From Strigamia acuminata (Eukaryota), in NCBI GenBank assembly GCA_949358305.1, contig OX442314.1, positions 7,874,001-7,938,000 of the forward strand: 64,000 nucleotides of DNA, read 5' to 3'. Both the position numbers and the translations under genes were made by a program. How positions within the stretch are numbered: the stretch's first letter is position 1; each line of letters starts with the position of its first letter. Shown here one piece after another: positions 1 to 9,475 of this stretch. The notes below the pieces were generated by a model that did no database searches, was not told where the DNA came from, and worked only from the letters and a program-made list of their open reading frames with translations.

Positions 1-330
1 GGGAAAAAAAGGCAAAAATTGACAAAAATTTGGAGAAAAAAAAGGCAAATGTTGGGGAAACAAGGCAATATTTGAAAAAAATTGGACAAGTTTGACAAAA
101 GAAATTGTAGAAATTTGACAAAAAAAAATTGACAAAATATTGACAAGATTTCGCGAGTTTGTTCAACATTTTATTGTTTGATATTTCATCATATTTCGCG
201 TTTTGAATGAAAATGAAAATTTAGCACCAAACAGGGAGAATGATTTACCGCACGAGGACAAAATCAATTGAAACTCAGTTGAAAAATGGTAAAATTTCAC
301 AAAATTTTCAGTAAAAATTCGCAAAACTAC

Positions 331-650
331 AAAATTTTATTGAAAAAAACCCAGAACTTGAGAAAATTTTATTGAAAAATCCCAAAACTTGAGAAAATTT
401 CATTGAAAAATCCCAAAACTGGAGAAAATTTTATTGAAAAATCCGAAAACATGAGAAAATTTTATTGAAATATCCCAAAACTTGAGAAACTTTTATTGAA
501 AAATCCCAAAACTTGAGAAAATTTCATTGAAAAATCCGAAAACATGAGAAAATTTTATTGAAAAATCCGAAAACATGAGAAAATTTTATTGAAATATCCC
601 AAAACTTGAGAAACTTTTATTGAAAAATCCCAAAACTTGAGAAAATTTCA
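331..650. repeat. 31-bp minisatellite, ~10 copies
   Basis: agaaaattttattgaaaaatcccaaaacttg repeated; present in every unit. Confidence 0.92.
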
Positions 651-653
651 GTA

Positions 654-789
654 GCTGCATTCAAAAATAAAAATAACAATTTTAGTTTAAGTGTATTTTA
701 AGTTTTAACATGGGTTTAAACAAGAAATGATGTCATTTTTGGTTTAAAATGGAAGTAAAACACAAAATATTTTAGTTTTTGAATGCAGC
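654..789. mobile_element. Tiny MITE-like element (136 bp)
   Basis: TA|GCTGCATTCAAAAA ... TTTTTGAATGCAGC|TA. Present in every unit (8260, 13871, 19482, 27790, 36118, 44426). Confidence 0.65.
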
Positions 790-1421
790 TAGCAAAAAAA
801 AATGATAAAACACTTCAAATTTCCAACAAATCTCATAAAATTCCCCAACGTCCCCAATGAATTGGCTCAAACACAATAAATAAATAAATAAACACAATAA
901 ATACAATAAAAAATACAATAAATACTTTATTATGTGCTCATTTATCCGGACTAAAAACAACATCAAACAACACATTTCAATTCTAGTAGTGAACCGCCGA
1001 GTCGAGTGTGATCACGCTCAACAATCACAATTCACAACAATTCGCGATTCAAAATGGCTCCTAACCATAACTCACTCGCTCGAGCTCCTCGATCAGTCCT
1101 CACCCGACCCAGTCTCATTATGAAATGGCATAATCCTGTGCAAGCCACTCGCCCTTATATCACCTAGACTATATATAGTAGTAGTACAGATACATAAAGA
1201 CCTATACTTATAGTATAATAATATAATGTTTTGTACATAAGTAAATATTTCTAGGCTTAAGTTTAACATGCAATTGCATGTTAATCTGGGAACAAGTAGA
1301 GAATGTGACGTTTTCAATACTGCTCCAAGATCATTACATCATCAGATCAGCTTTTAAAAAGTCCCTACAATGGATACCCTCAAACCCTCACTTGTCAGAC
1401 ATCAAATTGAACAAATGCAAC

Positions 1422-1495
1422 GAGCGGAACCATCAAGAAAATCCACATCGCCAAAGCCGAAGTTAGGAGACGATTTAGTTCTCGAATTGGAATGA
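1422..1495 (+). pseudogene. PC: Short degenerate pyruvate carboxylase last-exon tail
   Basis: ggaaccatcaagaaaatccacatcgccaaag...ggagacgatttagttctcgaattggaatga with an internal indel. Also at 9028-9101, 14639-14712, 20250-20323, 28558-28631, 36886-36959 and 45194-45267. Confidence 0.88.
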
Positions 1496-1869
1496 ACAAC
1501 TAATTAATCAGTATCCCTTCATTTATTATTTTCTAATTAATTTCAATTTTTGAGTGCTTTATCAAACTGCCAATCGGACGAATCGTGTGCAAAACAAATC
1601 AGCGAATTCCATGATTCCAGTTCTCTATTATATCGTTTAATCGTTCTGACAAATGTGTATATATATATATATAAGATTTATCAAGTTGTATCGTTTTCTT
1701 CCTTGCAAAAATCGTGCCTGCGTAATTCAAAGTGTCTTCCAAACGTTTTATTTCTCTGTAGTTTCTAGAATTTGATAAAAATCAAAGAAAATTTATAAAT
1801 CGAAAAATAATTTTCGTTTTTTAATTTTTATTTCCATAATTACAATCACATTTACACCAAAACGTCGTT

Positions 1870-2111
1870 TTAAAGTCAAACATGTCGTTTTACGACTATT
1901 CCGCTGAATTCGGGTGTTTCGACGCTTTGGTCGAGGATTGTGGTGTTGTAGGCCGAGTCGTCGGTTGGTTTGTTTTCGTGTTCGTCTTCGTCGAGATCTG
2001 ATGTGTCCAGTTTGAGGAATAATTCCAAAATGGAGTCGAGTTTGACGAGGTGTTTTTCGTGGTGTCGGGAAAGTTTGCGCCGAATTTTCTTGGTGTACCG
2101 GTATTCGTTTT
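1870..2111 (-). pseudogene. TAF1A: TAF1A last-exon remnant with ~0.8 kb internal deletion
   Basis: Exon 11 start (ENEY..RRKLSRHHEKHL..PEFSGIV) is joined directly to the exon's last ~25 nt. Further copies at 20698-20940, 29006-29248 and 37334-37576 have an extra frameshift. Confidence 0.85.
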
Positions 2112-2145
2112 CTGGAAATAGTATGGTTTTTAAATGTTTTCGTTT

Positions 2146-2353
2146 GTGCAAAAATGAAATTTTTTGTGCAAAAATGAAATTTTTTGTGCAAAAATGAAAT
2201 TTTTTGTGCAAAAATGAAATTTTTTGTGCAAAAATGAAATTTTTTGTGCAAAAATGAAATTTTTTGTGCAAAAATGAAATTTTTTGTGCAAAAATAAAAT
2301 TTTTTGTGCAAAAATGAAATTTTTTTGTGCAAAAATGAAATTTTTTGTGCAAA
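2146..2353. repeat. 20-bp minisatellite GTGCAAAAATGAAATTTTTT, 10 copies
   Basis: 14 copies at 20975-21261, 15 at 29283-29589, 14 at 37611-37897; only ~2 in the parental type-B intron (~24409). Confidence 0.95.
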
Positions 2354-3258
2354 AGTAGGGGGTTTGTGGCAGTCCTGGACCAGGTGGTTGGTGGTCAGGT
2401 GGGGTGGGGGTAGCGAGGGGTAAGTGGGGGAGGAGATAAGGGGAGGGGGAGATAAGGGGTGGGGGAGATAAGGGGAGGGGGAGATAAGAGGAGGGATATG
2501 TGGGGGATGACTAATTGCTTCAATCAATCAGTCTTATCATTCGATCAACATGTCCTAGGCTATTATTTGTTATTGTTGTTTTTCTTTACTTAAGTACCTT
2601 GTTATTGTTTTTCCCATCTTTGTCTCTGCTTTGAAATAAAGTACCTTGTTGTTATTTTTCTCAATTTATCTCCAATCTTCAAAGGACCCGAAGACTACTT
2701 TTAACCAAAGGAGGGATATTATTGGCTAGACTTCTTAACCAATGGGAAACTAGTATTGTATATATACTTGCAATGTCCTACACACTTCTCTTCTCTTCTT
2801 GCAAGTGCTTGGTACTGTTTGAATCATGGAATTTAACCACATCCACTCTGAATTTGAAGAGTTGCTTATGGAAGTTGAAGAATCTCTCTTTCCTCAAGTA
2901 AACACGCCCAATCCTCTACCGGATGTTGATGAAGAAAATGGTTACAATGATTCTCCATGTTGGATTTATAATCATTCTTCCATTTACCCACTCTCACCAC
3001 CTACCATCATCAACCAGTCTCAACATGTGCCATCTCCAACCATCATCAACCAGTCTCAACTTGTGTCATCTCCAACCTGCGTCATCCAATCTCAACCTGT
3101 GTCATCTCAATCATGCAATCCATTGTTATCATGTGAGTCTCCCTACCACTACCAATCAAATTTGCACAAAGCAGGAACAAGCAACATCATCAATCCCCCA
3201 TCTCCTATGACACTAGTGCAACAAATTGGAGGTGGACAGAAAGTACATTCGTGTGAGT
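2354..3258 (+). mobile_element. Foreign fragment, possibly a Polinton/Maverick left end: G-rich terminus, promoter, truncated ORF
   Basis: Starts AGTAGG, then ~150 bp of G-runs/GGAGATAA repeats, CCAAT boxes (2721-2725 reverse, 2739-2743), TATA 2759-2766, and an ORF from 2826 ending in QIGGG..HSCEYC (half zinc finger) where it is cut by PC sequence. Copies at 21262-22150, 29590-30478 and 37898-38786. Family assignment is inference. Confidence 0.45.
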
Positions 3259-3332
3259 ACTGTCATCGACATAAGAGTCAAAGAAGGCGACAAGGTACAA
3301 ACAACATACTAATTTTCTTTCAAAATTTCTAA
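2826..3332 (+). CDS. Chimeric ORF of unknown function (Ser/Pro/Gln-rich, three 12-aa repeats, half zinc finger; tail is PC read out of frame)
   Basis: 168 aa with ATG ~60 bp downstream of a TATA box. 171-aa versions at 21709-22224, 30037-30552 and 38345-38860. Confidence 0.4.
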   Translation: MEFNHIHSEFEELLMEVEESLFPQVNTPNPLPDVDEENGYNDSPCWIYNHSSIYPLSPPTIINQSQHVPSPTIINQSQLVSSPTCVIQSQPVSSQSCNPLLSCESPYHYQSNLHKAGTSNIINPPSPMTLVQQIGGGQKVHSCEYCHRHKSQRRRQGTNNILIFFQNF

Positions 3333-3494
3333 AATTCTTTTTCGCAGGTTGAAAAAGGCGCACCGATGGTCGTCCTCAGCGCCATGAAAATGGAAATGGT
3401 GGTCCAAGCGCCCATGAGTGGAACCATCAAGAAAATCCACATCGCCAAAGACATGAAACTCGAAGGAGATGATTTAGTTCTCGAATTGGAATGA
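3259..3494 (+). pseudogene. PC: Pyruvate carboxylase 3' fragment (biotinyl domain): end of penultimate exon, intron, last exon
   Basis: 3259-3294 TVIDIRVKEGDK, intron 3295-3347 (gt..ag), 3348-3494 [48 protein letters not shown]. Has the AMKM biotinylation motif and the PC-type C-terminus; the 5' part of the gene is absent. Confidence 0.92.
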
Positions 3495-3864
3495 ACAACC
3501 AACTAATCATATCCCTTCATTTATTTTCTAATTAATTTCAATTTTTGACTGCTTTTATGATCAAACTGCCAATCGGACGAATGAATCGTGTGCAAAACAA
3601 ATCAGCGGATTCCATGATTCCAGTTCTCTCTATTATTATTATATCGTTTAATCGTTCTGACAAATGTATATGTATATATAAGATTTTATCAAGTTGTATC
3701 GTTTTCTTCCTTGCAAAAATCGTGCCTGCGTAATTCAAGTGTCTTCCAAACGTTGAATTTGTAATTTCTAGAATTTGATAAAACTCCGAGGAAATTTAAT
3801 AACTTTTGTATTTTTTAATTTTTATTTCCATAATTACAATCACATTTTACACCAAAACGTCGTT

Positions 3865-6800
3865 TTAATAGTCAAACATGTCGTTTTGCGAGTTGACGAC
3901 GAATTCGTCGACGGTGGGTTCCGTCTTAAGCTTTTCGACGCCGAAATTGCTTTGCCACGAACATATCGAGGCCAGGAAACTTTCGTCTTCTTGCGTGAGG
4001 TTTTTCTTCATGTCGCCATTTTTCCTTTTTTTATTTTCCTTACCGTTCGTTTCTTTCTCTTTTTCGCGTCGCCGCTTCAATTTGCATTGCGTCGAATCGT
4101 CTTCGTCTTCGTCTTCGTTTCGTTTCTTTTCCTTCCGTTTCGCCCTCTTGTTCATCACCGCATTATCATCCTCGACAAAATTTTCCTCGTTTCCGTCTCG
4201 TTTTTTCCGTTTCCTGTGCTTCTCGTGGTCGGAACCGTCCGTTTCGTTCCCGTTTCCGTGTTTCCGTTTCCCCTTTTTACCTTTTGCCACCTCCTTTTCC
4301 TCCTGGCGACGTTTCTTCGCCTTTCTTCCACTTTTTTCGACCACGGGGCTCTTGAGAACCTCCAAACAATCGTCCACCGACGACCGCAAATTCGCAAACA
4401 CGTCGTCCTCCTCGCTCGACGCGAACGTCACGTCCATCTGGGGTACGGAATACCCGTCACCGTTCGTACAGACGCTCAAATCGTGGCAAACTTGGACCAA
4501 TTCGAGCGGGTCGTGGAACAAAGTGACTTCGCAGCCCGACAGCCGCTGGCCGGGCTCGAATTGCTCGCAGTAGACGCCATTTTGATTTTCCGGCCTAAAT
4601 ACGTGGTCGTAATGAATGAAGTTGGTGTCGCTGTTTAAATTTCCGTCGCCAGAGACCATGACTAGCCGGCTATTTGGTGTTTCGTCGTCGTTGTCGTCGT
4701 GGTGGTTAATTGCGACTATTCCGCTGAATTCGGGTGTTTCGGCGCTTTGGTCGAGGATTGTGGTGTTGTAGGCCGAGTCGTCGGTTGGTTTGTTTTCGTG
4801 TTCGTCTTCGTCGAGATCTGTTGTGTCCAGTTTGAGGAATAATTCCAAAATGGAGTCGAGTTTGACGAGGTGTTTTTCGTGGTGTCGGGAAAGTTTGCGC
4901 CGAACTTTCTTGGTGTATTCGTTTTCTGGAAATGGTATGGGTTTTAAATGTTTTCGTTTGTCAAAAATGCACTTTTGTTAGGCGCAAGAATTCATTTTTT
5001 TGGTGTAAAATTATTTTTTTTGGTGTAAAATTATTTTTTTTGGTATGAAATTATTTTGTTTAATGTAAAATTATTTATTTTTCGTATAAAATAATTTTTT
5101 TTGGTGTAAAATTATTTTTTTTGGTGTAAAATTATTATTTTTTTGGTGTAAAAATGACATTTTTTGGTGTAAAAATGACATTTTTTGGTGTAAAAATGAC
5201 ATTTTTTGGTGTAAAAATGTCATTGTTTGGTGTAAAATAGCATTCTTTTGTGCAAAAATGCATCATTTAATGCAAAATTTCATTTTTTTTATGCATCTTT
5301 GGTGCAATTAATTTTTTGGTGTATTTTTGGTTCAAAAATGCAAATCGATTCATTTGGTGCCAAATGCAAAAATCATAAAAAAAGAGTTATATTTTATACC
5401 TGTATTTGTCAACGACATGAAAACCACCGCCTTGTTAAGAAACAAATCCGCTCTTTGCACACTTTTAATCTTCACTTCCTTCAACACAAAATGGAATTCG
5501 GGCCACCAATCGGACCTACCCCTCCACAACTCTCCCAACTTCTTAAACTCCGCTCGAACAGGACTAAAAAAAAACATAAAAAACATAAACAAACAAACAA
5601 AGAAACCAACAATAATTTCCTTCACACACAATTGATACAAATTCAATATCCGATTTGCAAAAATATTCCACGCCGACGCGTCATTCTTCCACTGCGGATG
5701 ATCGATCATATTAAAATACGACTCCAGCTCCAAACAGTTATCCGTCGACTTCAACAACGAAGGAAAATCGAAAATCCTTCTATCACATGGTTTCACCAGT
5801 TGCAATTTCTAAAAAAAAAAATTAAAATTAAATTAATGATACAATGAATATTTTTTTCGTCACCTTTAATGTGGTCACCAACAACGTCCTGAGATGTTTA
5901 AAATGTTTACGGACGAAATCGTAAAAGAAAATATACGCGTTTGGATTCAACGGGTTCGATTTGCAGTAATTATGCAACGTGACGATCGCTTTTTCTTTCC
6001 TATCGCAAAATTCCATCAACTAAATTAAAAATTATTAATAAAAAACAATTATTTTCGACTTTATCGATTTTTTATTTCGATTTCAAACCTCGAGATATTT
6101 CGAAACGAACATGTCCCAATTGCCGGGCTCCTGAAACAGCGCTTCGAACATCTCGATCGCGTTGTTTGCCAAACTTCCACGCTCGTGGATCTGTAAACGC
6201 GTTTGTCGTTCTTGCGAATCTAAAAAAAAAAAAATTAATCAAATCGATTTAATATGAGATTATGAATGAAATCGATTTAATATGAGATTATGAATGAAAT
6301 CGATTTACAGATGTCGTCTTCGTCGTTTTGTCCGATTCCTTCTTCGCTGGTCACCCAATCGATGTATTTACACAGCGCTTTGTAAGCTTTGAGTATGGTA
6401 AACACATGTTTTTGTTTTTCGTTCAGTTTGGGAATGAAAATTTTCTTTAAAACGGTTTCGTCCTGTGAAAAAATGATTGAAATTATTAAAAATTACGATT
6501 TTGGAGTTTGGAAATGAGAAAAATGAGAAAAATTACTTCAATTATTTGTTTGGCGGTTACGAAATCGCCGTTTATTAGCAGCACCATTACGTTTTTCAAA
6601 ATGGACGCCGGGTGGAAGACTTTGTCCATTCTGGCCATCGAACTGAAACAAGCAAAATTTAAAAAAATTTATAACTATTGAAAATTATGGGGGAAAAAAT
6701 TACGTACTTTGAAAATTGATTTAATAATTCGTAATTCGATCTAGAATGATTGCAAAATACTTGAAATCCAGCCTGTAATTAAGCAGGAAAAGATCGTAAA

Positions 6801-6969
6801 TGTTTAAGATGACGTATAATTTAGTTTTTCACCATTGCTATTATCTCGGAAGTGCGATCCGTTTCGTATGTTAACGCGTTTAATATTTTCGCGGCGGCTT
6901 TCCACCGATGACAAACGATGGTTTCCTTCAACATGGCAATTTGTCTTTGAGACCAAAGCGTTAACGGCC
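3865..6969 (-). CDS. TAF1A: TAF1A copy lacking exons 1-2 (type A); exons 3-11 open
   Basis: Exons 6969-6833, 6772-6708, 6642-6537, 6462-6309, 6219-6089, 6019-5864, 5808-5630, 5563-5400, 4925-3865. All splice sites present, no stops. Coding versus pseudogene status is unresolved. Confidence 0.75.
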
Positions 6970-7400
6970 CTAAAATCAAACAAAAATAGTAAAAAATCAT
7001 AAAAAACGTCAAAAAAAAGTAAAAAAATATATTAAAAACGTCAAAAAAAGTAAAAATATATATGAAAAAAGTCGAAAAATGTTTAAAAATAACAAAAAAA
7101 AGTCTAAAAATATTTTAAAAACTTCTAAAAATGTAAAAATATTTTAAAAACTTCTAAAAATGTAAAAATATTTTAAAAACTTCTAAAAATGTAAAAATAT
7201 TTTAAGTACGTCTAAAAATATCAAGAAATGTCAAAAAAGTTTCAAAATATCAAAAAACGTCTGAAAATATCAAAAAACGTCTGAAAATATCAAAAAACGT
7301 CTGAAAATATCAAAAAACGTCTGAAAACATCAAAAAACGTCTGAAAATATCAAAAAACGTCTCAAAATATATTAAAAACGTCTAACAATATATTAAAGAC

Positions 7401-7482
7401 GTTGGGTTAGGTTAGGTAAAGGCACGTTAGGTTAGGTTACGTTACGTTAGGTTAAGGGCACGTTAGGTTAGGGCACGTTAGG
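7401..7482 (+). repeat. Degenerate (TTAGG)n telomere-like tract at unit junction
   Basis: gttgg gttag gttag gtaaa ggcac gttag gttag gttac gttac gttag... Also 13012-13093, 18623-18704, 26931-27012, 35259-35340 and 43567-43648. Absent from intron 2 of the full-length gene. Confidence 0.85.
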
Positions 7483-9475
7483 CTACAATTTTGTTCAAAA
7501 ATGTCAAAAATTTTAGAAACTTTTAGAAATTTGACAAAAGTTTGTAGAAGTTTGGCAAAAATTTGTGGAAAAAAAGGCCAAAACTGGAGGAAAAGGCAAA
7601 CTTTAGGGGAAAAAAAGGCAAAAATTGACAAAAATTTGGAGAAAAAAAAGGCAAATGTTGGGGAAACAAGGCAATATTTGAAAAAAATTGGACAAGTTTG
7701 ACAAAAGAAATTGTAGAAATTTGACAAAAAAAAATTGACAAAATATTGACAAGATTTCGCGAGTTTGTTCAACATTTTATTGTTTGATATTTCATCATAT
7801 TTCGCGTTTTGAATGAAAATGAAAATTTAGCACCAAACAGGGAGAATGATTTACCGCACGAGGACAAAATCAATTGAAACTCAGTTGAAAAATGGTAAAA
7901 TTTCACAAAATTTTCAGTAAAAATTCGCAAAACTACAAAATTTTATTGAAAAAAACCCAGAACTTGAGAAAATTTTATTGAAAAATCCCAAAACTTGAGA
8001 AAATTTCATTGAAAAATCCCAAAACTGGAGAAAATTTTATTGAAAAATCCGAAAACATGAGAAAATTTTATTGAAATATCCCAAAACTTGAGAAACTTTT
8101 ATTGAAAAATCCCAAAACTTGAGAAAATTTCATTGAAAAATCCGAAAACATGAGAAAATTTTATTGAAAAATCCGAAAACATGAGAAAATTTTATTGAAA
8201 TATCCCAAAACTTGAGAAACTTTTATTGAAAAATCCCAAAACTTGAGAAAATTTCAGTAGCTGCATTCAAAAATAAAAATAACAATTTTAGTTTAAGTGT
8301 ATTTTAAGTTTTAACATGGGTTTAAACAAGAAATGATGTCATTTTTGGTTTAAAATGGAAGTAAAACACAAAATATTTTAGTTTTTGAATGCAGCTAGCA
8401 AAAAAAAATGATAAAACACTTCAAATTTCCAACAAATCTCATAAAATTCCCCAACGTCCCCAATGAATTGGCTCAAACACAATAAATAAATAAATAAACA
8501 CAATAAATACAATAAAAAATACAATAAATACTTTATTATGTGCTCATTTATCCGGACTAAAAACAACATCAAACAACACATTTCAATTCTAGTAGTGAAC
8601 CGCCGAGTCGAGTGTGATCACGCTCAACAATCACAATTCACAACAATTCGCGATTCAAAATGGCTCCTAACCATAACTCACTCGCTCGAGCTCCTCGATC
8701 AGTCCTCACCCGACCCAGTCTCATTATGAAATGGCATAATCCTGTGCAAGCCACTCGCCCTTATATCACCTAGACTATATATAGTAGTAGTACAGATACA
8801 TAAAGACCTATACTTATAGTATAATAATATAATGTTTTGTACATAAGTAAATATTTCTAGGCTTAAGTTTAACATGCAATTGCATGTTAATCTGGGAACA
8901 AGTAGAGAATGTGACGTTTTCAATACTGCTCCAAGATCATTACATCATCAGATCAGCTTTTAAAAAGTCCCTACAATGGATACCCTCAAACCCTCACTTG
9001 TCAGACATCAAATTGAACAAATGCAACGAGCGGAACCATCAAGAAAATCCACATCGCCAAAGCCGAAGTTAGGAGACGATTTAGTTCTCGAATTGGAATG
9101 AACAACTAATTAATCAGTATCCCTTCATTTATTATTTTCTAATTAATTTCAATTTTTGACTGCTTTTATGATCAAACTGCCAATCGGACGAATGAATCGT
9201 GTGCAAAACAAATCAGCGGATTCCATGATTCCAGTTCTCTCTATTATTATTATATCGTTTAATCGTTCTGACAAATGTATATATATATATAAGATTTTAT
9301 CAAGTTGTATCGTTTTCTTCCTTGCAAAAATCGTGCCTGCGTAATTCAAGTGTCTTCCAAACGTTGAATTTGTAATTTCTAGAATTTGATAAAACTCCGA
9401 GGAAATTTAATAACTTTTGTATTTTTTAATTTTTATTTCCATAATTACAATCACATTTTACACCAAAACGTCGTT

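Noticed and set aside
225..288. Small plus-strand exon in the filler (HQTGRMIYRTRTKSIETQLKN)
   Set aside because: AG/GT bounded and open, but no partner exons or recognisable homology.
1455..1472. GTTAGG created by an indel in the degenerate PC tail as a second telomerase footprint
   Set aside because: A single repeat unit; chance or local templating explains it equally well.
2826..3494. In-frame fusion of the 168-aa ORF to the PC biotinyl domain
   Set aside because: The PC frame is shifted by one base; after splicing the ORF reads caa g|gt tga and stops at once.
3775..4638. Plus-strand 287-aa and 231-aa hydrophobic ORFs
   Set aside because: Antisense shadows of the Lys/Glu-rich TAF1A exon 11; not kept intact in type B.
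7452..7775. Short Phe/Lys-rich ORFs in junction filler
   Set aside because: Low-complexity A/T-tract translations with no protein-like signal.
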